NCBI GenBank assembly: GCA_902786815.1
Contig: CADADV010000006.1
Coordinates: 50,344 to 114,343, forward strand
Reading direction: 5' to 3'
DNA length: 64,000 nt
Source: an uncultured Eubacteriales bacterium
GTDB lineage: Bacteria > Bacillota > Clostridia > Peptostreptococcales > Anaerovoracaceae
The notes beneath the pieces are model-generated. The model saw nothing but the letters and a program-made list of their open reading frames with translations, ran no database searches and was not told where the DNA came from. This document shows, in pieces, positions 1-9,027 of this stretch. A program made the position numbers and the translations under genes. Positions within the stretch are counted from its first letter, which is position 1. Each line of letters begins with the position of its first letter.

Positions 1-3000
1 TCGACCGTATCGATGATGACCGTTTCTTCACCTGCGTTTGTGATGTGCATCCCCGTATCCTCCCCTCTCGCAGTTGTGTGCAGCGCGGGAAAGTAGATGG
101 ACTGATCCTCATTGTCCGCTTCGGAGTGGGTTGCGATGACGGAATCGCCGATCGGAAGTTTCGGATCTCCCAGGCTTTCGAAGATGACCGTTTTCGCTCC
201 TTCCAGTTCCGACGCATCGAAGGTGAACCGGACATCCACGGCTCCTTTCCCTTCTGCCGGTGTGAACGAAACGGTTTCCTCGACTGCTTTGCCGCCCGCG
301 ATTACCGGATCCGCGTCTTCGCTTGACGCGCTCTCCTGCGTCTGCGGCTTGAATACGAGACGACCTGTCATCGTATAGCTTTTGCCTGGCGTCAGGCCCT
401 GATACCTGACGGTGTCGATCAGTGTCACCGGACCTCCCTTTGCGTCGGACATACGCAGTCCCACTGCGGCATCCCGTGCCTGTGTGCTGATCTCGGGTGC
501 AGCGTTTTCAAGAAAGAGCGGCTCCATATCTTCCTCAAAGGTAAACGGATAGTCGACCGCGGCAGTGTATCCATCCGGGGCTTTCGTTTCAATGAGTCTG
601 TACGCAGCGTGCCGCTTAAGTCCGCGGAGCACTGCGTAATTGTATTCGACTGTTTCATCACGATCCGGATCATCTGCGGCTTCCTCCCCGGACCCCTCAG
701 CTTCCTGATCGTCTTCAGCAGCGTCTTCTGATAGTTCGCTGCCGGAAGTCTCAACGTCTTCATCTCCGGCTTCAATGCGCGACCCTTCGGCTCTCCACAG
801 GATATTTGCTTTTGCTTTACCGTCCTCTCCTCTCACGATGCTGAATGTGACGGCCTTCTCCCCGTTTTCATACAGGTCGAATTCTGCACCGTCCAAAAAC
901 ATCTGAGACTCCCGGTCCACTTTCGTGAGAAAGAGGCTTGTAATAGGATCGTTTTCAAAGGCGATCTCGATCGGCGCCTCTTCATCCCCGGTCACTGTGA
1001 AGGCTTTGGCAGGATTTTCATGCCCTTCGAGCCTGTATGCATCGTGGAAGACATAGGACGAAGGATCGAATCCGGTCTCCTCCAGAACATAGCTGCCCGC
1101 ATAAAGCTGTCCGAAATCGATCCTGCCGTCGTCCTCCGTGACGGCTGTGACCGGTTCCAGCTCGGCTCCATCGAAGGATCTTGTTCCTGTCAGTGTGAAT
1201 TCGAAACCTGCGACCTCTCCGTTTTTCCCGGCGTTAGTCTTGACCAGTGAGACGTCAGTTGACTTGGCTCTGTTTATACAATCAAAGACGAGCGGAGCCG
1301 CATCCTCACCTTCTTCAAGGGTCTTCGTCTGCGCTGCCGGCGTTTTGAAATGTCTGCTCTGTTCCTCTGTCAGTTCTTCCGTAACCGTATAGGTCCCGGG
1401 AAAAAGATCCGCGATCCTGATTATGCCGTTCTCCCCGGTCGTTGTTTCCGCGTCGCTCTTAAAGTATGTATCAGCGCTTCCTGCCCAGATCACATCGTTA
1501 TACTCAATGATCCATCCTTCCGGTTCGGAAATGCCGGTCCCCGCGACCGGATCCGTCACTTCATGCTGATCGCAGACCGAGCGGAGTGTCACCTTCACAG
1601 GAATGATGATGTTTTCCGTTTCCTCTTCCGGCTCATAGACTCTGAAGAACGCTTCATCGTCGAGCAGGCACTCTTCTCCCCCGGTGCCGCGGATCTGATC
1701 CAGGCTGTACGTTCTGGTTTCCTGTGCGATGTAGAGGGTCCCTTCATAGAGCAGTGCATCGCCCTTTGTGAAGACATAGCTGTCTTCACCCTCCAGGAAC
1801 GTCTCCAGCTGGCGGCTCTGCGGCGGCTGTGCCGGTCCAGTCGCTTCCGCCGTGATGTGCACGGTACATGTCCCTGTCTCCTTGTTTTCCGCTGCACTGT
1901 TCAGCTCCGCCAGCTCCGCTTCATTTACACGGAATTCTCCCAGCGCAAAACCATCCCGCACCGTTACAGGCGTTATGTGCGCATAGGCCAGCAGCGTTTC
2001 CTTGGTGAGTTCTCTTCCCTTGATGTCTCCCTGCACACTGAAATGGAAGCCGTCGACAGGCGAGTCGTCATCCGTTGTCTTGATAATGACCAGCCGGTTC
2101 GCTTTTGTGTAGCTGTTCTTCCATGAGATCTGCGCAGTCTTGCCATTCTCGATGATCACGGTCTGGCCCTGCTTGCTTTCATTGGCGTAACCGGCTTCCT
2201 GCTGTTTGTCAGTCAGGTTTTCCGTAACCGTATACGTCCCGGCCTTCATCTTCCTGATAACGAGTTTTCCGCTCGCATCAGTCTCAGCCGTATATTTCCT
2301 GCTGCTGTCCGCCTTGCTTCGGAGCGTGAACCGGAATCCCCCCAGAACAAATCCATCATCTGAGTCCGGCGTGAACGCCTTCTGAAGCGAGAAAGCACCT
2401 TCCGCACCATTGCTGGCTTTGACTTTGACTGTCTTCTTGCTGGCCACCTTTGCCGTGCACCACTTGTCATTTAAAAGATAGTTTGCATTGGTCTTCGTCT
2501 CCTTCACGTAATACGTGCCCGGCTGAAGAGAAAGGATGTTGGTCGTTCCGTCCGCTTTGCAGGTGAGTTTTCCGACTGCTGTTTTCTTGTCGCTCTTATA
2601 CACAGTGTATTCGCATCCGGCGAAGGATTTCTTGTATCCTTTGACAGAGGAGCTTTTCACCAGATGCAGTTTCCCGGGCGGGGTGTACTTCCAGATGACT
2701 GCCGCCTGCTTGCTCGTATCTCCCGCCGGGATCACGAACCAGCACGTAAATCCTTCCGGAACCTTCACATTCTTTGCGGTATCGACCATTTCCTTCAGTG
2801 TCTTTTCCTTGAAGTTGAATGCCTTGCCTTTGTCTTTGGCGCCGCTCTGTGTGGAAACATAATTCAGGCACCTGGCAAGTTTCGCTCCGTTGGTTCCGCT
2901 TGTCCACCCCTTCGTATATCCATAATAGTAGGCAAGCTTTGCCATGATGTTGTTTTTGCAGTAGTTTGAAGAATCGTGCAAGGTGTAACTGTGTTTTCCG

Positions 3001-3242
3001 GTGATCGCATGGTAGTGTGCTTTTGCGCAAAGGCCTTCATAACCGTTCCCCGAAAAGTACGTATTCGTGTGCCAGTCACCGTACGCGTCCTTGTACTCGA
3101 ATTTCTTGCCGGTGAGCGTGATGGTACTTGCCGCATCGACGCTCTGCGCGGAAAACAGAAGTCCGCCCGGGATCATCGTCACTATGGCTGCAATTGCCAG
3201 AAAGATGGCAAGCAGTCTTTCTTTCGCTGTCTTACTGTTCAT
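1..3242 (-). CDS. Surface adhesin/pilin-like protein, N-terminal part. It has a signal peptide, a possible thioester-type head, repeated SpaA/CnaB-type beta-sandwich domains and the first VaFE-type repeat. The 3' end lies beyond position 1.
   Basis: Absent from the ORF track because no stop codon lies in the window. Manual minus-strand translation from ATG 3242..3240 (RBS GGAGGAA 6 nt upstream) stays open to position 1, more than 1080 codons. It begins MNSKTAKERLLAIFLAIAAIVTMIPGGLLFSAQSVDA. Recurring GTY.V.E / Y.L.E.KAPDGY motifs are present (GTYYVKETKTNANY, GTYTVTENLTD, GTYTVTEELTE, GSYVLEETGFD, YRLIETKAPDGYTA). The string TVIFESLGD...IATHSEADNEDQSIYFP resembles a VaFE repeat. Confidence 0.75.
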   Translation of the reverse strand, partial: MNSKTAKERLLAIFLAIAAIVTMIPGGLLFSAQSVDAASTITLTGKKFEYKDAYGDWHTNTYFSGNGYEGLCAKAHYHAITGKHSYTLHDSSNYCKNNIMAKLAYYYGYTKGWTSGTNGAKLARCLNYVSTQSGAKDKGKAFNFKEKTLKEMVDTAKNVKVPEGFTCWFVIPAGDTSKQAAVIWKYTPPGKLHLVKSSSVKGYKKSFAGCEYTVYKSDKKTAVGKLTCKADGTTNILSLQPGTYYVKETKTNANYLLNDKWCTAKVASKKTVKVKASNGAEGAFSLQKAFTPDSDDGFVLGGFRFTLRSKADSSRKYTAETDASGKLVIRKMKAGTYTVTENLTDKQQEAGYANESKQGQTVIIENGKTAQISWKNSYTKANRLVIIKTTDDDSPVDGFHFSVQGDIKGRELTKETLLAYAHITPVTVRDGFALGEFRVNEAELAELNSAAENKETGTCTVHITAEATGPAQPPQSRQLETFLEGEDSYVFTKGDALLYEGTLYIAQETRTYSLDQIRGTGGEECLLDDEAFFRVYEPEEETENIIIPVKVTLRSVCDQHEVTDPVAGTGISEPEGWIIEYNDVIWAGSADTYFKSDAETTTGENGIIRIADLFPGTYTVTEELTEEQSRHFKTPAAQTKTLEEGEDAAPLVFDCINRAKSTDVSLVKTNAGKNGEVAGFEFTLTGTRSFDGAELEPVTAVTEDDGRIDFGQLYAGSYVLEETGFDPSSYVFHDAYRLEGHENPAKAFTVTGDEEAPIEIAFENDPITSLFLTKVDRESQMFLDGAEFDLYENGEKAVTFSIVRGEDGKAKANILWRAEGSRIEAGDEDVETSGSELSEDAAEDDQEAEGSGEEAADDPDRDETVEYNYAVLRGLKRHAAYRLIETKAPDGYTAAVDYPFTFEEDMEPLFLENAAPEISTQARDAAVGLRMSDAKGGPVTLIDTVRYQGLTPGKSYTMTGRLVFKPQTQESASSEDADPVIAGGKAVEETVSFTPAEGKGAVDVRFTFDASELEGAKTVIFESLGDPKLPIGDSVIATHSEADNEDQSIYFPALHTTARGEDTGMHITNAGEETVIIDTV

Positions 3243-3280
3243 GATTGCTTCCTCCGAATAAAAATAGTTGTCGATAATAG

Positions 3281-3306
3281 AAAAAGGAGCCTCCGGCTCC
3301 TTCTTT
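3281..3306. terminator. Terminator-like GC hairpin in a divergent intergenic region
   Basis: AAAAA-GGAGCC-TCC-GGCTCC-TTCTTT. It is symmetric, so it could act on either strand. Its position between two divergent gene starts is odd. Confidence 0.35.
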
Positions 3307-3331
3307 GCGTCACCTTTTCTTCACATTTATG

Positions 3332-3340
3332 TGCTATAAT
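3332..3340 (+). promoter_or_regulatory. Extended -10 promoter candidate for the two-component operon
   Basis: TGCTATAAT (TGn + TATAAT at 3335..3340), about 50 nt upstream of the ATG at 3393. The -35 is weak. Confidence 0.4.
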
Positions 3341-3392
3341 GCAGTCAAATCATGGTAATCACAGGCCCTGCCGGGCCGGATAGGAGACTGAA

Positions 3393-4064
3393 ATGGCGAA
3401 ACTGCTCGTTGTGGATGATGAAAAAGGTATACGCGATGTGATCAGGGAGTATTCCGAATTCAATGGTCATGAAGTCACTGAAGCTGAGGACGGCATGACA
3501 GCCGTCGGTTTCTGTAAGCTCAATGAATACGATCTGATCATTATGGATATTATGATGCCGCGGCTCGATGGATTCTCCGCCTGCAAGGAGATCCGCAAGA
3601 TCTGCGATACCCCTGTGATCATGCTCTCGGCCAGAGGCGAAGAGTATGACAAGCTGTTCGGTTTTGAACTCGGCATCGATGATTATGTCGTCAAGCCGTT
3701 CAGCCCGAAGGAGCTCATGGCCAGAGTCAGCGCTGTGCTCAACAGACGCAGCGGCAGCGCCAAAACTGAATCCGATCTGCTCAAATTCGACGGACTGGAA
3801 ATCAATATCCCGGCGCGCACCGTAACGATCGACGGAGAGCGCGTGGAACTGACCCCGAAAGAATACGATCTGCTCTTTTATCTTGTGCAGAACAAGAACA
3901 TCGCTCTCTCCAGGGACAAGCTTCTGTCAGATATCTGGGGATACGATTTCTTCGGTGACGACAGGACCATCGATACCCATATCAAGAATCTCAGAAGCAG
4001 CCTCGGTCCATACCGGGACTGCATCGTGACGCTCAGAGGAGTAGGATACAAATTTGAAGTTTAA
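3393..4064 (+). CDS. OmpR/PhoB-family response regulator
   Basis: Receiver domain (LLVVDDE...DLIIMDIMMPRLDG...KPF) plus a winged-helix C-terminus (LTPKEYDLLFYL...RTIDTHIKNLR...GVGYKF). Confidence 0.95.
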   Translation: MAKLLVVDDEKGIRDVIREYSEFNGHEVTEAEDGMTAVGFCKLNEYDLIIMDIMMPRLDGFSACKEIRKICDTPVIMLSARGEEYDKLFGFELGIDDYVVKPFSPKELMARVSAVLNRRSGSAKTESDLLKFDGLEINIPARTVTIDGERVELTPKEYDLLFYLVQNKNIALSRDKLLSDIWGYDFFGDDRTIDTHIKNLRSSLGPYRDCIVTLRGVGYKFEV

Positions 4065-5562
4065 GATCGATCCCAAAAGCATCAAGTTCAAATCCTGGCT
4101 TTACTTCATTCTGTTCGCGGCTGTTCTCATGGCGGCGCTTTGGATCGTTCAGGTGCTTATGCTGAACAATCTGTACGGCACTATGAAAACCTCCCAGACC
4201 CAGAAGGTGGCCATCGACATCGAAGAGTCTTTCAAGAGCAATGATTCTGAAGACTTTTTTGATGATGTCGCAGAGTATTCCGATTCTCACGATATGTATA
4301 TCTATATCGTTTCTCTTGACGGCACGGCCATGTATTTCAGTCCTTCCTCCGGCGATTATGACATGTCTGCCCTCGGCGGTTCCGCAGATTCCGAAAGCAA
4401 AGGAGCCGATTCTTCTGCCGACAGCGACAATGTTCCAAAGGGGCCTTCGATCAATCCGCAGTACATCTCGCAGATGCAAAGGCTCAATGAAGAGATGATC
4501 AAAAAAGGCAATGCTGTCTACATGACCTTCGGTGAGGACGACGAGTCCCAGAAGGTCCTCGCGTGCGGCAACGTCCTGCATGCCGAGGACAAGGAAGATG
4601 TGATCGTCTACATCTTCTCACCCCTGTGGCCCGTATCTTCCACGATCCGGATCCTGGCGCATCAGCTTCTGATCGTAACCATCATTTCTCTCATCCTCGC
4701 CTGCCTGATCTCATTCTATCTTTCCAGCAGGATCACCAGGCCGATCAGAAAGATCAACAATTCGGCCAAGCGTCTTGCTGCCGGAGAGTACGGGATCGTG
4801 TTCAAGGGAGGCCATTATACGGAGCTCAACGATCTGGCTGACACCCTGACCGGCGCCTCCATAGAGCTGGAGAAATCCGATCTGATGCAGAAGGACCTGA
4901 TCGCAAATGTTTCACACGACCTCCGTACGCCGCTCACAATGATCAAATCCTATGCTGAAATGATCCGGGATATCTCCGGTGACGATCCCGAAAAGCGCGA
5001 GCAGCACCTGCAGGTGATCATCGATGAAACAGACCGGCTGAACAACCTCGTCGGCGATCTGCTCCAGGTCTCAAAAATCCAGTCGGGCAAAAATACGCTG
5101 GATAAAACCAGGTTTTCGCTCAGTGATTCTGTCAGATCCATCGTCGAAACCTATCGCGTCAAGGAGCTGGATGAAGGCTATACCATCGATCTGAATTGTC
5201 CTTCCGACTTCATGGTCCTTGCTGATGAAGACAAGATCAAACAGGTCGTTTCCAACCTTATCTCCAACGCAGTCAAGTTCTGCGGCGAAGACAAAACCGT
5301 GAATGTCACATTGAAAAAGCAGGGCCGCCAGGTGAAGGTTTCTGTTGAAGACCACGGCTGCGGCATTTCCGCGGACGATCTTGAACACATCTGGGAACGC
5401 TACTACAGGGCCAGTTCCAACATGGTCCGTTCTGTAGAAGGTTCCGGGCTGGGCCTGTCCATCTGCAAGGAGATCCTTGCCCTGCACAAGGCCGACTTCG
5501 GCGTCGACAGCACTCTGGGCAAAGGCTCCACGTTCTGGTTCACGCTGGACCTTGTCAAGTAA
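4054..5562 (+). CDS. Sensor histidine kinase (two TM segments, HAMP, HisKA, HATPase)
   Basis: H-box ANVSHDLRTPLT, N-box ISNAVKF, and G-boxes DHGCGI and GSGLGLSICK. It overlaps the response regulator stop by 11 nt. Confidence 0.9.
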   Translation: MKFKIDPKSIKFKSWLYFILFAAVLMAALWIVQVLMLNNLYGTMKTSQTQKVAIDIEESFKSNDSEDFFDDVAEYSDSHDMYIYIVSLDGTAMYFSPSSGDYDMSALGGSADSESKGADSSADSDNVPKGPSINPQYISQMQRLNEEMIKKGNAVYMTFGEDDESQKVLACGNVLHAEDKEDVIVYIFSPLWPVSSTIRILAHQLLIVTIISLILACLISFYLSSRITRPIRKINNSAKRLAAGEYGIVFKGGHYTELNDLADTLTGASIELEKSDLMQKDLIANVSHDLRTPLTMIKSYAEMIRDISGDDPEKREQHLQVIIDETDRLNNLVGDLLQVSKIQSGKNTLDKTRFSLSDSVRSIVETYRVKELDEGYTIDLNCPSDFMVLADEDKIKQVVSNLISNAVKFCGEDKTVNVTLKKQGRQVKVSVEDHGCGISADDLEHIWERYYRASSNMVRSVEGSGLGLSICKEILALHKADFGVDSTLGKGSTFWFTLDLVK

Positions 5563-5570
5563 GCAGTTTC

Positions 5571-7346
5571 TTATTGTTTGAACTTCACCGCGACCGAGTG
5601 GTCGGCGGTGATTTTTTTAAAGGTGTATTTTGATTTTGCTTTGACCTTCCTGCCGTCCACCTTGACATATTCCACAGGTTTTCCCGAAGCCGAAGTGTAT
5701 TTTATGGTTGGACTTTCCCCCGCCATATATATGTTTCCCGGCGTGATCGTCCCGTTGATGCAGCTGGTTCGTACCTTGAATGTCCTGATGCTGCAGACAA
5801 TGTGCACCGGCTTGTTCAGGTTCCTGCCCGTCGCCCGGTGCCCGCGGAACGCCGTGTCACTGATTTTTCCCCTGCGCCATTTCGCTCCCATCTCGTCCGA
5901 CTGCTGGATCTGCTTATTGATTTTTCCTGTCAGTTTATCCGCATGACCGCCTGAATGATGGCCCCAAATGACACATGTTCCATGCCCGATATCCCTTCGC
6001 GTGCCGCTCTCGTAGATCAGCGGATGCCCGCCGGCATCCTTGCCCATATACACAAAGGTATGACCGGATCTGCACAGGATGTCTCCGTACCGGATCATGT
6101 CGTTCTGCGCCAGATACTTCAGACTCTTATGCGGATAGGAGATGGCCAGCATTTTGGAATTCCTGCGGAGCTTCCTGACTGTCTTATTTGGTTTCGTGCC
6201 GTGGTTGGAGCTGAGCCAGATGCATCCGCTTTTGCGGGGCAAAAGCCCGATCCTTTTGAGCGCGACTGTCGACAGTGTCACGCAGCTTTGCGTGTTGCCT
6301 CTCTTCCCGGTCTTCCCGCTCCAGTGTCCGCTTTTGGTCTTCCAGTACTTTCCCGGATTCCCGTGACTGTACTTCCTGCCGTTGATGTGAAAGAACGTAT
6401 CGATCAGGATGTGCCGCCACGGCGCCAGCGCTTCCTCTCTGCTCCCGGCAGGCGGGACGGTCACCTTCAGTTTGCGGGACGCCGGCTTGTAGCTGCGATC
6501 ACCCGCCTGCCGGATCGTGATCTTCGCCGTTCCGGCCTTCTTCGCCCGCATGAGACCTTTTGCGTTTACAGTTACCACCTTGGTATTGCTCGATTTGTAC
6601 TTCAGCTTAAGACCGGATGAAGCTTTTGCACCGATCGACTTGCTCGCCCCGACTTCCGGGAATGTGTACGCTGATATGCTTTTGATTTTCTGCTTCGCTT
6701 TTGCCTTTTCTTTCGGTGCGGACGTTGTTTTGTACACGGCCGTTACCTTTGTCTTTTTCGGCGCTGCAGTCGTTGCCTTTACCGCCTTTGTCGGTTTCGT
6801 CGATTTCGTCGCTTTCGTCGGTTTTGTCGCCTTCGTTGTTTTCGTCGGTTTTGTCGGTTTCGTTGCCTTCGTCGTTTTCGGCGCTGTGGTTGTCCTCGCT
6901 GCAGTGGTTGTTTTCGCGGAAGTGGCCGGCTTTGCTTCCGGGATGCCTTTGTATGTCTTCGTCACCGCGCCTTTGAAACTTCCGGTACCCGTAACTTTCA
7001 CAGTCGATTTCCCGGCATCTTTACCCCCGCTGAAGGTAAGCTTGTAATCGGTGTTCTTCCTGAGCTTTCTCCCCTGATATGTGATCGTCACCTTTGGCAT
7101 GTGATACTCCCCGTCAACGACGAACTCCGTATATGCGAGGGTAATGATGCATTTGCTGAGATCTGTCTTTACCGCTGTCGTCTCCGGCTGTTCCTTCGCG
7201 TAGGACACAGAGGTGAACCTGAGCGGCGGCGGCACTCCGGTTTCTGCCGGTTTGTTGAGAAGCATGCAGGCTCCTGCAATGATCACTGCCGCAGCAAGAA
7301 TCATGATCAGCGTCGGCAGCGCTCTGCTTGTAATTCTCATTCTCAT
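5571..7346 (-). CDS. Membrane-anchored or secreted surface protein with an Ig-like module, a Thr/Lys/Pro linker, a Big_2-like module, a putative Cys/His hydrolase-like domain and a basic C-terminal module
   Basis: The track ORF is 5571..7430. I prefer ATG 7346 (MRMRITSRALPTLIMILAAAVIIAGA) because AAGGAG lies 8 nt upstream. The hydrolase idea rests only on QSCVTLSTVALKRIGLL ... GDILCRSGHTFVYMG, which resembles NlpC/P60- or CHAP-type Cys...His spacing. Confidence 0.6.
   Translation of the reverse strand: MRMRITSRALPTLIMILAAAVIIAGACMLLNKPAETGVPPPLRFTSVSYAKEQPETTAVKTDLSKCIITLAYTEFVVDGEYHMPKVTITYQGRKLRKNTDYKLTFSGGKDAGKSTVKVTGTGSFKGAVTKTYKGIPEAKPATSAKTTTAARTTTAPKTTKATKPTKPTKTTKATKPTKATKSTKPTKAVKATTAAPKKTKVTAVYKTTSAPKEKAKAKQKIKSISAYTFPEVGASKSIGAKASSGLKLKYKSSNTKVVTVNAKGLMRAKKAGTAKITIRQAGDRSYKPASRKLKVTVPPAGSREEALAPWRHILIDTFFHINGRKYSHGNPGKYWKTKSGHWSGKTGKRGNTQSCVTLSTVALKRIGLLPRKSGCIWLSSNHGTKPNKTVRKLRRNSKMLAISYPHKSLKYLAQNDMIRYGDILCRSGHTFVYMGKDAGGHPLIYESGTRRDIGHGTCVIWGHHSGGHADKLTGKINKQIQQSDEMGAKWRRGKISDTAFRGHRATGRNLNKPVHIVCSIRTFKVRTSCINGTITPGNIYMAGESPTIKYTSASGKPVEYVKVDGRKVKAKSKYTFKKITADHSVAVKFKQ
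6780..6885 (-). repeat. Imperfect tandem coding repeat, (T/A)K(P/A)TK units
   Basis: The protein reads TTKATKPTKPTKTTKATKPTKATKSTKPTKAVKATT. The DNA shows repeated gtcgg/gtcgc-ttt units. Confidence 0.6.
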
Positions 7347-7376
7347 TTCCCATACTCCTTTCACTGAAAACCGCGC

Positions 7377-7415
7377 ATAAAAAATGGAGAAGATACCTGC
7401 TGCGGTATCTTCTCC
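7377..7415 (-). terminator. Rho-independent terminator after radA
   Basis: GGAGAAGATACC-gcagca-GGTATCTTCTCC (12-bp perfect stem) followed by ATTTTTTAT on the minus strand. Confidence 0.85.
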
Positions 7416-7455
7416 ACAAATTGCGCTCAAATATTTGCTATTATATGTCTAAAGA

Positions 7456-8901
7456 TTATTGGAACAAATCCCTTGTCTGTGCGATGTTCCGGATGCCGAT
7501 GATCTCGATGCTGGCCGATTGTCTGTCTTTCTCGCGCAGATGCTGGGCGTTTTTGATCGGGAGCACGATCCTGCTGAATCCCAGCCGCTGCGCCTCCCGT
7601 ATGATTTTGTCGCTGTTCTGCACGGCCCGCAGATCGCCTGTCAGACCGATCTCACCGATTACCAGCGTCCTGCTGTCTATCTTCCTGCCTGTGCAGGATG
7701 AATAGACGGCGAGAGCCACAGCCAGATCTGTGTAAGTGCCTTCCGGCTTGATGCCGCCCACAACATTGACGTAGACATCCTGATCAAGGAGCCTGAGCCC
7801 CATCTTCTTCTCCAGTACTGCCAGGAGCATATTCAGCCTTGAACTGTCGATCCCGAGTGCTGTTCTTCTCGCAAAACCAATATTGCACGGGCTGGTCAGC
7901 GCCTGGACTTCCAGGATCAGCGGACGGGTCCCTTCGTACACCGCCGTTGCAACGGCGCCTTCGCTGTCTCTATCCATTTCCTCCATGAGGATGCCCGACA
8001 GATTCTCGATCTCGATCAGCCCTTCCTCGGCCATTTCGAACGCGCCGATCTCGCTGGTGGTCCCGAACCGGTTTTTCTGTGACCGCAGGATCCTCAGTTC
8101 ATGGCTTCTGTCACCGGTAAAACTCAGGACGCAGTCTACCATATGCTCCACGATCCTCGGTCCGGCCAGATCTCCGCTCTTCGTCACATGGGCGACGATA
8201 AAAACAGGGATGCTGTTGGTCTTTCCGATCCGCATGAGTTCATTGCCGCAGGCACGCACCTGTGAAACGCTTCCCGGAGCTGACTCCAGATCTGCGCTGT
8301 ACATGGTCTGTATCGAGTCTACAATAAGGAACACCGGATTCAGACTCTCGCAGACAGCGCTGACATTTTCGATGTTCGTCTCAGCCAGAATAAACAGATT
8401 CTCGCTAATCCCCGCAGGTCCGCAGACTCTGTCGGCCCGCATCCGGATCTGCTCCTCAGATTCCTCTCCGGAAACATAAAGGACAACGCCTCTCGAAGCC
8501 GCAATATGCTGGGCCGCCTGAAGGATGATCGTCGATTTGCCGATCCCGGGCTCTCCGGAAATCAGGCAAAGAGACCCCGGTACGAGTCCTCCGCCAAGTA
8601 CACGATTCAGTTCCTTGATTCCTGTGTCGATCCTGGCTGTTTCCGATGACCGCACCTGCGCCAGCCGCTCCGGCCTGCCTGCCTGGATGCTCCCGTCTCC
8701 TGCAATGGCATGCGCTCCCGCGCCGCCGGCGCCTGCAGGCGCACCTGACGTTCTGCGGCGTTTGTCCGACGCATCGAAATCTACGACCTTCTGCTCAAAC
8801 ATGGAATTCCAGGCGCCGCAGACCGGGCACTGCCCGACCCACTTGGCGCTTTCGCTTCCGCATTCGTTACAGACAAAAACTGTTTTTGCTTTTTTTGCCA
8901 T
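7456..8901 (-). CDS. radA: DNA repair protein RadA/Sms
   Basis: N-terminal zinc ribbon (FVCNECGSESAKWVGQCPVCGAWNS), Walker A (GEPGIGKST), the KNRFG motif and a Lon-like C-terminus. The preferred start is MAKKAKT at 8901; the track ORF begins at 8925. Confidence 0.95.
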   Translation of the reverse strand: MAKKAKTVFVCNECGSESAKWVGQCPVCGAWNSMFEQKVVDFDASDKRRRTSGAPAGAGGAGAHAIAGDGSIQAGRPERLAQVRSSETARIDTGIKELNRVLGGGLVPGSLCLISGEPGIGKSTIILQAAQHIAASRGVVLYVSGEESEEQIRMRADRVCGPAGISENLFILAETNIENVSAVCESLNPVFLIVDSIQTMYSADLESAPGSVSQVRACGNELMRIGKTNSIPVFIVAHVTKSGDLAGPRIVEHMVDCVLSFTGDRSHELRILRSQKNRFGTTSEIGAFEMAEEGLIEIENLSGILMEEMDRDSEGAVATAVYEGTRPLILEVQALTSPCNIGFARRTALGIDSSRLNMLLAVLEKKMGLRLLDQDVYVNVVGGIKPEGTYTDLAVALAVYSSCTGRKIDSRTLVIGEIGLTGDLRAVQNSDKIIREAQRLGFSRIVLPIKNAQHLREKDRQSASIEIIGIRNIAQTRDLFQ

Positions 8902-8942
8902 TTGCCTCTCTCCGCCCATGTGCAAACATTTGTTCTTTGTTC

Positions 8943-8971
8943 ATTCTACAGCCTTTGCCCTGCTCTGTCAA
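8943..8971 (-). promoter_or_regulatory. Sigma-70-type promoter candidate for radA
   Basis: TTGACA (8971..8966), a 17-nt spacer, then TAGAAT (8948..8943). Confidence 0.6.
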
Positions 8972-9003
8972 TACAAAACGGACCCGCATCTACTGCAGGT
9001 CCG
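8971..9003 (-). terminator. Terminator after the EF-G-like gene
   Basis: CGGACC-loop-GGTCCG followed by TTTTGTATT on the minus strand. Confidence 0.55.
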
Positions 9004-9027
9004 CCTTTCGATCGGTCTGATCGGTTT

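Noticed and set aside
1-3242. Possibility that the window starts inside a conjugative element or ICE, because VaFE adhesins are often ICE cargo
   Set aside because: No relaxase, T4SS, integrase or att-like repeats are visible in the window. This cannot be judged without the upstream sequence.
6517-7047. 176-aa plus-strand ORF with a FVGFVAFV repetitive sequence
   Set aside because: It is the mirror image of the TKPTKA coding repeat of the minus-strand surface protein, so it is an artefact of the repeat.
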